A DNA stretch of 64,000 nucleotides from Dehalococcoidia bacterium. Its GTDB lineage: Bacteria; Chloroflexota; Dehalococcoidia; Lucifugimonadales; UBA2962. Numbering within the stretch: position 1 is the first letter of the stretch; each line of letters begins with the position of its first letter. Positions 48,558-57,432 of the stretch are shown here, piece by piece. The notes under the pieces were generated by a model. The model was not told where the DNA came from, searched no databases, and was given only the letters and a program-made list of their open reading frames with translations. A program made the translations under genes and the position numbers. The DNA lies in assembly GCA_965219325.1 (NCBI GenBank), contig OZ244723.1, positions 2,090,158 through 2,154,157 on the forward strand. The letters are read 5' to 3'.

Positions 48558-49793
48558 ATGCCCGAACTGTTCAACCTTCTGCCCCCGGATGAGGCGATCG
48601 CTGTCCTACTAGAGCGCATCGGTGACGTACGGATGAGCTCAGAGACGGTCCACGTCTCTAGCGCACTGGACCGGGTTACCACGAGGCATTGCGTATCCCC
48701 TGCCGGGTTGCCCGCATTTGCGCGGTCCGCAATGGACGGATACTCGGTCCGCGCTGCCGACACCTTCGGGGCAAGCGACGGCATGCCCGCCTACCTGGAA
48801 GTTGTCGGCGAGGTTCCCATGGGGAGGGCGCCGCAGGTTACGTTGGGTCCGGGACATGCCGCAGTAACATACACCGGCGGAATGCTGGCAGAGGGAGCCG
48901 ACGCGGTCGTAATGGTCGAGCACACCCACTCTGTAGGTGAGGCCACCATAGAGATCGTTCGCTCAGTCGCTCCTGGACAGAACGTCGTCCAGTCCGACGA
49001 GGACGTTCGGGCCGGTCAGGACGTGGTGCCAGCAGGCCATACTCTCCGACCCCAAGATCTAGGTGCTCTGCTTGCGGTCGGAGTGACCATCGTCGCGGTT
49101 GCCCGCCGGCCGAGGGTTGCAATAGTATCCACTGGCGACGAGCTCGTTGATCCGGGCGAACAGCCCGGTCCCGGGCAGGTGCGGGACATTAACACGCACA
49201 CGGTGGCGGCCCTGGTGGAACGCGCCGGCGGCGCGCCGGTGCGTCTGGGGATCTTCCCCGACGACATCAAAGCTCAGAAGGTGGCCGCACGCGAGGCGAT
49301 GGACCGCGGAGATATCGTGGTATTTTCGGCGGGAAGCTCTGTCGGCAGCCGTGACATGACCGCCAGGGTGCTCGCCGACCTTGGAGGGCCGGGTGTGCTG
49401 GTCCATGGCATATCGATTAAGCCCGGCAAGCCGACGATAGCCGGCCTGGCGGGCAACACGCCCGTCTTCGGCCTGCCCGGCAACCCAGTGTCGGCGATGG
49501 TTGTCTTCAACCTGGTCGTCCGCCCGGTCATCCGCTCTCTCATGGGCGCAAGAGAACCCGCGGCTAGTCGGGTTGTCCCGGCAACGCTGGCCTCGGACGT
49601 TCCGTCCGCACCCGGCCGTCAGGATTTTTTCCCAGTACGGTTCGAGACGGGTCCCGGCGGTCTGGTAGCCGAGCCAATCTTCGGCAAATCAAATCTGATA
49701 TTCACCCTTGTACGTGCCGATGGATTGGCATCGGTAGCGCTTGACTCCGGCGGTCTGTACGCGGGTGACACAGTGCACGTCACTACATTTTGA
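48558..49793 (+). CDS. moeA: Molybdopterin molybdenum/tungsten transferase
   Basis: SAMDGY, TGG...ADAVVMVE, STGDEL, PGKPT, LPGNPVS. Confidence 0.93.
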   Translation: MPELFNLLPPDEAIAVLLERIGDVRMSSETVHVSSALDRVTTRHCVSPAGLPAFARSAMDGYSVRAADTFGASDGMPAYLEVVGEVPMGRAPQVTLGPGHAAVTYTGGMLAEGADAVVMVEHTHSVGEATIEIVRSVAPGQNVVQSDEDVRAGQDVVPAGHTLRPQDLGALLAVGVTIVAVARRPRVAIVSTGDELVDPGEQPGPGQVRDINTHTVAALVERAGGAPVRLGIFPDDIKAQKVAAREAMDRGDIVVFSAGSSVGSRDMTARVLADLGGPGVLVHGISIKPGKPTIAGLAGNTPVFGLPGNPVSAMVVFNLVVRPVIRSLMGAREPAASRVVPATLASDVPSAPGRQDFFPVRFETGPGGLVAEPIFGKSNLIFTLVRADGLASVALDSGGLYAGDTVHVTTF

Positions 49794-49794
49794 G

Positions 49795-51774
49795 ATGGAG
49801 CACGGCAGAAAGGTTGGCCGCCGCTATTACCTGCAAGATGTGCCTCTGGATGAGGCACTGCAGCGCTTCGACGAAGCGATCCACAGGTCCGGCGGCCACC
49901 CGACCACAGGGCCGGAGACCATGTCCTTGGAAGAGGCGGCAGGCCGAATTACGTCAGAACCCATATGGGCCCTGAAGTCTTCTCCCCACTACGATGCCGC
50001 TGCGATGGATGGGGTCGCCGTGCGGTCGGCCGAAACGGTCGGGGCAACAGAGACAGCGCCGCTGCGATTGAGGATCGGCGAACAGGCCGTCTGGCTGGAT
50101 ACTGGGGATCCCATGCCTGACGGCTTTGACGCCGTTGTGATGATCGAACACGTCCAGGACCTTGACGGAATGCACATCGAGATTCGGGAGCCGGTGGCGC
50201 CGTACCAGCACGTCCGACCAATTGGCGAGGACATAGCAGCGACCGAATTGGTGCTACCGGGAGGTCACCGAATAAGGCCGCAGGATCTAGGGGCCTGTGC
50301 GTCCGCTGGAGTGGTGACGGTCAAGGTGCGCAAGAGGCCATCAGTAGCGATCATCCCCACGGGCTCCGAACTGGTAGAGCCCGGCGTCGACGCCGAGCCC
50401 GGGCAGGTGGTGGAGTTCAACTCGATCATGCTGGCTGCTCAAGTGCGTGAATGGGGTGGAAAACCGATCCGCATGGATCCAGTCGAAGACCAGCCCAAGC
50501 TGATCGAAGAATCGATCCTAAAGGCTGCCAGCGGGAACGATATTGTTGTCATCAACGCGGGCTCTTCGGCCGGCTCTGAGGACTACACAGCCCCCGCCGT
50601 CCAAGCTCTAGGTGACCTGGCGGTTCATGGAGTCGCAGTACGCCCCGGGCACCCAGTCGTGCTCGGGATCGTGGAGGGACGACCGGTACTGGGTATTCCC
50701 GGTTATCCGGTCTCTGCACTAGTCACATCCGAACTCTTCCTGAAGAGGACCATAGAGGGATGCCTTGGCATCTCAACAAGAGCTTCTCGTTCCCATGACC
50801 TGACCGCCCTGACCCGGGGCCCGACGGCGGAGGCCGTGGTTACCAGGAAGATCTACTCCCCTGCAGGGGAGGACGAGTTCCTGAGGGTCCGCTTGGGGAG
50901 AGTTGACGGCAGTTTGGTCGCCACACCCATACGGCGGGGAGCGGGGGTAATAATGTCGCTCGTCGAGGCCGATGGAATCGCCCTGATTCCACGTTTTTCC
51001 GAGGGGTTAGAGGCCGGTTCAAGAGTCAGGGTCGAGCTGCTTCGGTCCCTGAATGAGATTGAAGACACGATCGTGGTTACCGGAAGCCACGACCTGACTC
51101 TGGACGTATTGGCGAACCTGCTGGGAGAAACTGGCGACTCACGCCTCGCATCGGCCAATGTTGGCTCTCTCGGTGGTCTAGTGGCCCTAGAGCGTGGCGA
51201 GGCTCATATGGTCGGCACACACTTACTCGACCCCGACACGGGGGAATACAACCTCAGTTATATTCGACGCCATGTGTCAAGGGACGTGACGGTTGTCACC
51301 CTGGTGCATAGGATCCAAGGTCTGATCGTTGCCCGGGGCAACCCACTTGGATTAGCCTCTCTGACTGACATAGCAAGTGGGCGGGCAACGTTCGTAAACC
51401 GACAGAGGGGCTCTGGAACCCGCGTTCTACTAGACCATCAACTCCGGGCGGCGCGCCTCGCTCCTCAAGCTATCGAAGGATACGCGCGTGAGGAATACAC
51501 TCACCTATCGGTCGCGGCCGCAGTAGCTAGCGGGCGGGCGGACGTTGGGCTTGGCATTCAGTCTGCCGCCCGTGCTTTCGACCTCGACTTCGTTCCCCTG
51601 GTAAGGGAACGTTACGATCTCGTGACGCCATCGGAGTTGCTCGACGCAGGGCCGGTAAGAACTGCTCTGGCAGCTATCCGGTCGCGCACGTTCAAGGAAC
51701 GTGTGGACGGGCTCGGCGGCTACGATACCCGGGAAACCGGGGGGGTAGTCGCCCAACTGACGGCAAGAAATTGA
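49795..51774 (+). CDS. moeA: MoeA fused to a periplasmic-binding-protein-like (PBP) domain
   Basis: AAMDG, PTGSEL, RPGHP, PGYPVS; C-terminal GSHD, VGSLGGL, FVNRQRGSGTR, ERYDL. Confidence 0.92.
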   Translation: MEHGRKVGRRYYLQDVPLDEALQRFDEAIHRSGGHPTTGPETMSLEEAAGRITSEPIWALKSSPHYDAAAMDGVAVRSAETVGATETAPLRLRIGEQAVWLDTGDPMPDGFDAVVMIEHVQDLDGMHIEIREPVAPYQHVRPIGEDIAATELVLPGGHRIRPQDLGACASAGVVTVKVRKRPSVAIIPTGSELVEPGVDAEPGQVVEFNSIMLAAQVREWGGKPIRMDPVEDQPKLIEESILKAASGNDIVVINAGSSAGSEDYTAPAVQALGDLAVHGVAVRPGHPVVLGIVEGRPVLGIPGYPVSALVTSELFLKRTIEGCLGISTRASRSHDLTALTRGPTAEAVVTRKIYSPAGEDEFLRVRLGRVDGSLVATPIRRGAGVIMSLVEADGIALIPRFSEGLEAGSRVRVELLRSLNEIEDTIVVTGSHDLTLDVLANLLGETGDSRLASANVGSLGGLVALERGEAHMVGTHLLDPDTGEYNLSYIRRHVSRDVTVVTLVHRIQGLIVARGNPLGLASLTDIASGRATFVNRQRGSGTRVLLDHQLRAARLAPQAIEGYAREEYTHLSVAAAVASGRADVGLGIQSAARAFDLDFVPLVRERYDLVTPSELLDAGPVRTALAAIRSRTFKERVDGLGGYDTRETGGVVAQLTARN

Positions 51775-51985
51775 CAGGCGTCCACTGCCAATCCCACCAA
51801 GTGGACATGCCTGAGTGACCTTGCGCTGGTGGGGTGATCACTGCTTTTCTCCGGATTCTTAACATCCAGGGTAGAACCGGTAGCCACCCTATCTTCATCC
51901 TCCCACAGGCGAGCCACCGGGCGATCTGTCCTTCTCACTATGGCCGGACGATGCCCGTCTCGGAGCCTCGTGGTAATCTTGGTCA

Positions 51986-52654
51986 ATGGTACCGGAGGGC
52001 GGTGGCACCGTAGCGAACTGCTCCACTGACCTCCGGTCGATCACCGCCGTCGTACTTGCTGGCGGGCGCAGCCGACGCCTGGGACGAAACAAGGCCCTCG
52101 AGCTCATTGGGGGAGTGCCGCTAATAGCCCGCGTCACCTCCGCCATTCGGCCGATATCCTCGGAGACTCTAATAGTCGTCGCGGAGGAGGAACAGGCTCA
52201 GGTCCTTCCGCTTCCGACCTATGTGCAAGTCGTCCGTGACCTGTACCCCAACGCGGGATCGCTCGGGGGAATCCTTACGGGGCTGACCGCCGCGACGGGT
52301 GTGTGGGCCCTCGTCGTTGCGTGCGACATGCCCTTCCTGAGCCAGGCCTTACTCGCCGAGATGGCATCTGCGAGGGATGGTTGCGACGCCGTCGTCCCTC
52401 TCTTGGACGGGAGACCCGAACCTACCCACGCGCTCTACTCCAAGGATTGCGTAGAACCTATCAGGAAGAATCTAGAGGCTGGAGAGCTAAAGATCTCGGC
52501 GTTCTTCGAAATGGTCAGGGTAAAGTACCTCCCACAGCCAACGGTTGAGGCACTCGATCCAGGGCTGTGGAGCTTCTTTAACGTCAACACTCCGTCAGAC
52601 CTTGAGATCGCGATGGCACGCGCGGCAGAGATGGCGAGCGATCCCGTAGGATAG
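51986..52654 (+). CDS. mobA: Molybdenum cofactor guanylyltransferase
   Basis: VLAGGRSRRLGRNKA, GSLGGI, ACDMPF, EPTHALY, NVNTP. Confidence 0.92.
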   Translation: MVPEGGGTVANCSTDLRSITAVVLAGGRSRRLGRNKALELIGGVPLIARVTSAIRPISSETLIVVAEEEQAQVLPLPTYVQVVRDLYPNAGSLGGILTGLTAATGVWALVVACDMPFLSQALLAEMASARDGCDAVVPLLDGRPEPTHALYSKDCVEPIRKNLEAGELKISAFFEMVRVKYLPQPTVEALDPGLWSFFNVNTPSDLEIAMARAAEMASDPVG

Positions 52655-52680
52655 AGCTATACAAAACACAAAATAGCGAT
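52654..52680. promoter_or_regulatory. ModE/TunR-like operator upstream of moaD-aor
   Basis: GCTAT-N12-ATAGCGAT, same spacing as the ModE consensus ATCGCTATATA-N6-TATATAGCGAT as I recall it; inner bases diverge. Confidence 0.35.
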
Positions 52681-52746
52681 ACTACCCTGTTGCAAATTCT
52701 TGGTCGCCGATAGCGTGAACAGTGCACGGTAAACCGGCACCACTGA

Positions 52747-53091
52747 ATGGCCAGCGTGAGCGCGGCACGGAGAAAGACTTCAGGGACGATTAAGGGACAA
52801 GTGGGCGATCCTGAGAGAAGGGTAACGGTCGAGCTGTTCGGTAACGCCAGACTGCTGGCCGGTCAAAGCAGTTTGGACTTGAGCGTGCCCGCCAAAGCTT
52901 CAGCCGTCGAGGTTGCCGAGCGGTTGGCCAAAGTCGAACCGGCACTCGTGGGCGAGGTGATAGACCCAGATAGAGGACTGCTTTCAAGCTACGTACTGAA
53001 CCTGAACGGCACCTACTTCATGTCCTCCGAGAGCAGGCGGATAAGATCTGGAGACCGCATTCTCCTGTTTTCCAGCCAGGCAGGCGGCTAG
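52747..53091 (+). CDS. moaD: MoaD/ThiS family sulfur carrier
   Basis: VELFGNAR; C-terminal AGG. Confidence 0.85.
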   Translation: MASVSAARRKTSGTIKGQVGDPERRVTVELFGNARLLAGQSSLDLSVPAKASAVEVAERLAKVEPALVGEVIDPDRGLLSSYVLNLNGTYFMSSESRRIRSGDRILLFSSQAGG

Positions 53092-53125
53092 GGTTGGCAT
53101 CGCCCTGCCAACGGCACGACGCAGC

Positions 53126-55009
53126 ATGAATCACCTAGGTTTAGAGGGAACCGGTCTGATCCAAAGCGAAGCGGTTTATGGCTACCACGGCCGTTCCCTC
53201 CTAGTTGACCTAGATACTGGAGAGGCGACGTACGAGCCCATTCCCGATGAGATCTTGCGGGCTTTCATCGGCGGGACGGGACTAGGTGCGTGGCTACTGT
53301 ATCGGCACTGCCCCGAGAAGGCAGAACCCCTGGGGCCCCTAAACCCCCTGATCTTCGTGACCAGCCCCCTGGTGGGCAGCCGACTGACGACCTCCAGCAA
53401 GTTCGCGGTCCTGGCAAAGTCGCCGCTCACAGGCCTCATAGGCGACTCGCTGTCGTCGAGCTTCATGGCCCCCGAGCTCAAGCGGTGCGCCTTTGACGCC
53501 TTGGTCATAAGGGGTGCCCGCGAGCGCCCTACCCTTCTGAGGATAGAGGACGGACAAGTAGACCTCCTTGACGCCTACGACCTTGTCGGAAAGACAACGA
53601 CGGATACAGAAAGACTGGTGAAGGAGCGCCTTGGACGGGGCTTCCGCGTGGCCTGCATAGGGCCTGCCGGCGAGTCGCTGGTCAGGTTCGCCAGTATAAG
53701 TAGCGAAGGAGGCAGGCAAGCGGGCCGGACCGGCGTCGGTGCTGTCATGGGGTCCAAAGGCCTCAAAGCCATTGCGGTAAAGGGATCGGCGAAAGTTGGG
53801 GTTGCCCATCCGGTCGCCCTAGCAAGCATCGGGATTGAATTAAGTCGCCGAAGCCTAGGACAAGCCACGGAAAAGTATAGAACCCTAGGCACCATGGCGA
53901 ATGTCGAGGTCTTCAGCCGTCTGGGCGTCCTGCCCACCCGAAACTTCCAGGCCTCAACCTTTGAGGGTGCAGCCAAGATCGGAGGGGAGCGATTCAAGAC
54001 CGATCATCTGGTTCGAACCGCCCACTGCGCCAACTGCACCATAGGCTGTGAACATGTGATGACCACGAGGGACCATGGAGCCAAGGTCGAGGGCCGGATG
54101 GAATACGAGTCAGCATTCGCTCTGGGCTCCTTGCTGGGCATCTCCGACCCCAATGCAGTGCTGCGAGCGTCCGTCCTGTGCGACGAACTGGGTATGGACA
54201 CCATAAGTGCCGGTGCGACCATAGCCTGGGCCGCCGAAAGCGCATCAAGAGGCCTGTTGGACTGTAAAGGAGCCAAAGACGGATCCGCACTGCTGTTCGG
54301 GGACGTAGAGGCACTGCCGAAGGTCCTGGAGGACATTGCGCATCGGCGGGGTCTAGGCGATCTGCTGGCGGATGGCAGTCGCAGGGCGGCGAGGCTACTG
54401 GGTAAAGGCTCAGATGCGTGGGCCATGCACGTAAAGGGGCTTGAGATGCCCGGCTACGAGCCCCGGTCTCTCAAGACTATGGCGCTGGCTCTCGCGGTCA
54501 GCACCAGGGGAGCTTGCCACAACCGATCCTCGGCGTACGAGGCTGACTTCTCGTCCCGTGTGGACCGTCTGAGCGCGGACTCTCAGATGGGCCAGATCGT
54601 CGTCGAAGGGGAAGACTGCTCGGCGGTGATGGATTCACTTGTTTGGTGCAAATTCCTGCGCCGCGTCTTCACAGACTTCTACGTTGAGTCGGCAGAGGTG
54701 ATGTCATGTGTAACGGGATGGGACGTTACTCCAGAAGAGCTTCGTGTCGCAGGCGAGCGCATCAACAACCTGAAGAAGCTGTTCAACCTCCGAGAGGGTT
54801 GGTCCCGGGCCGACGATTCCTTACCTCCAAGAATCCTCAATGAGGAACTCAGCGACGGACCGGTCAAGGGTGTCAGGCTCTCGAAGCGAGATCTTGACCG
54901 GATGATTGCTTCCTACTACCAGTCCCGGGGCTGGGAGCATGACGGCACCATTCCCGAATCCAAACTGGCCGACTTGGGCCTGCTTGAACTGGGGCGACCG
55001 GTCGCCTAG
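53126..55009 (+). CDS. aor: Aldehyde:ferredoxin oxidoreductase family (tungstopterin) enzyme
   Basis: FIGGTGLG, AKSPLTG, GRTGVGAVMGSKGLKA, C.NCTIGC, EYE, CDELGMDTIS, RGACH, GERINNL..LFN. Confidence 0.92.
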   Translation: MNHLGLEGTGLIQSEAVYGYHGRSLLVDLDTGEATYEPIPDEILRAFIGGTGLGAWLLYRHCPEKAEPLGPLNPLIFVTSPLVGSRLTTSSKFAVLAKSPLTGLIGDSLSSSFMAPELKRCAFDALVIRGARERPTLLRIEDGQVDLLDAYDLVGKTTTDTERLVKERLGRGFRVACIGPAGESLVRFASISSEGGRQAGRTGVGAVMGSKGLKAIAVKGSAKVGVAHPVALASIGIELSRRSLGQATEKYRTLGTMANVEVFSRLGVLPTRNFQASTFEGAAKIGGERFKTDHLVRTAHCANCTIGCEHVMTTRDHGAKVEGRMEYESAFALGSLLGISDPNAVLRASVLCDELGMDTISAGATIAWAAESASRGLLDCKGAKDGSALLFGDVEALPKVLEDIAHRRGLGDLLADGSRRAARLLGKGSDAWAMHVKGLEMPGYEPRSLKTMALALAVSTRGACHNRSSAYEADFSSRVDRLSADSQMGQIVVEGEDCSAVMDSLVWCKFLRRVFTDFYVESAEVMSCVTGWDVTPEELRVAGERINNLKKLFNLREGWSRADDSLPPRILNEELSDGPVKGVRLSKRDLDRMIASYYQSRGWEHDGTIPESKLADLGLLELGRPVA

Positions 55010-55024
55010 GGATAGATAATCGGG

Positions 55025-55528
55025 GTGGCACGAGACAGGCAAAGGGACCGAGACCGCAAGGGTCTGCGCTCCGACCTGCGCGATCTATTCCCTCGAGAAC
55101 GCGGGCTGCTACTTCCTGCATTGCATTACCTTCAGCATCGTTTCGGCCACTTACCCGATTGGGCGATGGAAGTCGTGTCATGGCATCTTGGGATACCGGC
55201 CAGCGAGGTATACGGTGCAGCTTCTAGCTACTCGGAGTTGCGCATCGACAAACCCGGCACGCACATCGTCCGGGTCTGCACTGGGCTCAGCTGCCGGATC
55301 TCAGGGGCGGGCGCGGTCCTGAAGGCCGTTAAGGGCCGCTTGGGCGTCGAGCCAGGCGAAACCGCGCGGGTCGGCTCGGGAAAGACAGTGACCATTGAGA
55401 CCACGGCCTGCGGATTCTTGTGCGGTGTGGCGCCGGCCTTGCAGATGGATGGGCGATGGCTCGGTCAGGCGACCCCAGAGCGGGCTATCAAAGTCGTGGA
55501 TAGCCTGAGCGAGAAGGTGACGGAGTGA
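55025..55528 (+). CDS. nuoE: NuoE/HydC-like [2Fe-2S] subunit
   Basis: EVYGAASSY, CTGLSC, CGFLCGVAP. Confidence 0.88.
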   Translation: MARDRQRDRDRKGLRSDLRDLFPRERGLLLPALHYLQHRFGHLPDWAMEVVSWHLGIPASEVYGAASSYSELRIDKPGTHIVRVCTGLSCRISGAGAVLKAVKGRLGVEPGETARVGSGKTVTIETTACGFLCGVAPALQMDGRWLGQATPERAIKVVDSLSEKVTE

Positions 55529-57120
55529 CTGTCCGAACCGCGTTCGGGCGCCTACGCGAAGGGGCGAACAAGCGACTGGCGACTGAGGGCGGAAAGATCC
55601 GCGTCGCGGTGCGGGCGGGCCACTGCTCGATTGCACTGGGGGCGGAGGATGTTCTCAGGGCCTTCAAGGAGGACCTGCTCGACAACGCCAGACTCGTTGC
55701 TACCGGATGCGATGGTGCCTGCTACGCCGGCCCCCAGGTCGTCATCACCGCACCCGATGGGGAGTCCGTATTGCTGCCTAGGGTCGACGTGGATACGGCG
55801 ATACGCATATCCACGATCCTCGAGGGAGGCGGGACGCCCCTGCGCTATACAGATGACATCTCAGCTTTCATCGACGGCCAGGTACGCGTGGTCCTCAAGG
55901 GCTGCGGGGACATTGATGCCGAGGGCATTGACGAGTACCTACAGTGTGGCGGCTACCGTGGTCTGGCTGCTGCATTGTCAGATTCGCCGGAGGCGACGAT
56001 TGCGAGCGTCAAGGAGTCTGGCCTCCGGGGCCGCGGTGGCGCGTATTACCCGGCCGCTCTCAAGTGGGAGGCCGCGAGGGCGGTAGTAGGGGGATCTCGT
56101 TATCTGGTCGTCAACTCCGAAGAGGGTGAACCAGGGTTGTTCAAGGACCGACACCTCATGGAAGGGGTGCCCCACCGGATCGTGGAGGGGGCACTGATCG
56201 CGGCCTACGCAACCCAGGCCAGCGTCATATACGTGTACATCAACGCGGAGGCCGACCTTTCAGCCCGTCGGATCGAAATGGCGCTCTCAGACGCCGAGGC
56301 ACTTGGCCTGATAGGAGACGATGTCCTTGGCTCGGGCTGGTCCGTACGGGCAGAGATACGGCGTGGGGCCGGAGGCTACGTGTGCGGTGAAGAGACGACG
56401 CTTCTGAACACCATGGACGGCCGACGTCGCGAGCCCAGGCTGCGTCCTCCCTTCCCCACCGAGGCGGGCCTGCGCGGACGACCTACCGTGATCAACAACG
56501 CAGAGACCCTTTCGAACCTACCATTCATCCTGACCGAAGGGCCAGCTGCATTCAGCGCGCTTGGCGCTAAGAATGCCAGCGGAACCAAGGTGCTTAGCCT
56601 GTCTGGCGCGGTAGCGCGTCCCGGGCTGGTTGAGACGCCTTTCGGGACTCCTCTCTCCTCCGTAGTCGAGCGCATGGGAGGAGGCATGCGAGACGGCAGT
56701 GTGCTGACCGCACTTGGCGTCGGGGGGCCGTCAAGTGGGCTGCTGCCGCCCGTTTCGCTTGATATCGAGGTAATGCCAGGTATGCTGCACGAGTCAGGGG
56801 TTATTCTCGGTGCCGGCGGGCTTGTCGCGTTCGACGAATCCGTAGGAATTCTGGACGCGATGCGAGCGCTCGCCGCGTACAATGCGGACGAGTCTTGCGG
56901 CAAATGCACCCCTTGCCGCGAGGGTACGCCCCGAATTGTCGAGGTGATCGACCGGCTGGCGCGTCGCGGTGCCTCCAAGGCAGACGTAGAGGAGTTGACT
57001 TATCTGGCCGAGGTGGTCGGCTCTGCCTCCCTATGTGGCTTAGGCCAAGCCGCAGGCGGCCCCATAACCAGCACGCTTCACTTTTTTGGGAGGGAGCTAG
57101 GCATCCCCCCAGAGAATTGA
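55525..57120 (+). CDS. nuoF: NuoF/HydB-like FMN/NADH-binding subunit with N-terminal thioredoxin-like domain
   Basis: SGLRGRGGA, NSEEGEPG.FKDR, YVCGEET, NNAETL, ESCGKCTPCREG, CGLG. Confidence 0.92.
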   Translation: MTVRTAFGRLREGANKRLATEGGKIRVAVRAGHCSIALGAEDVLRAFKEDLLDNARLVATGCDGACYAGPQVVITAPDGESVLLPRVDVDTAIRISTILEGGGTPLRYTDDISAFIDGQVRVVLKGCGDIDAEGIDEYLQCGGYRGLAAALSDSPEATIASVKESGLRGRGGAYYPAALKWEAARAVVGGSRYLVVNSEEGEPGLFKDRHLMEGVPHRIVEGALIAAYATQASVIYVYINAEADLSARRIEMALSDAEALGLIGDDVLGSGWSVRAEIRRGAGGYVCGEETTLLNTMDGRRREPRLRPPFPTEAGLRGRPTVINNAETLSNLPFILTEGPAAFSALGAKNASGTKVLSLSGAVARPGLVETPFGTPLSSVVERMGGGMRDGSVLTALGVGGPSSGLLPPVSLDIEVMPGMLHESGVILGAGGLVAFDESVGILDAMRALAAYNADESCGKCTPCREGTPRIVEVIDRLARRGASKADVEELTYLAEVVGSASLCGLGQAAGGPITSTLHFFGRELGIPPEN

Positions 57121-57189
57121 TGTTCGTGTTATAGGATTTGTGAGACGGCCTGTTGGAGCTCCCGGGCCTATGCGACTCGTGCATGGACT

Positions 57190-57417
57190 GTGAACATGAA
57201 CATCGGTAGCAACAGCCGGCTGTACGCAGGAGTGGCCATCGGCATTGCCGCTGGCGTGGCGATTGGTGCTTTCCTCGACTCGGTGGCCATTGGGGTAGCC
57301 ACAGGCGTAGGAATCGGAGCCGCATTGGGCGTCGCTTGGTCACAGCCGACCAAACAGAGGCGTCGCGTCGGCAAAGGCACCGGACAGCGCAGCGAAGATA
57401 GGCGATCCAGCGAGTAA
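57190..57417 (+). CDS. Small glycine-zipper membrane protein
   Basis: Regular GxxxG repeats GVAIGIAAGVAIG...GVATGVGIGAALG. Confidence 0.6.
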   Translation: MNMNIGSNSRLYAGVAIGIAAGVAIGAFLDSVAIGVATGVGIGAALGVAWSQPTKQRRRVGKGTGQRSEDRRSSE

Positions 57418-57432
57418 CCAGAACGCGCAGTA

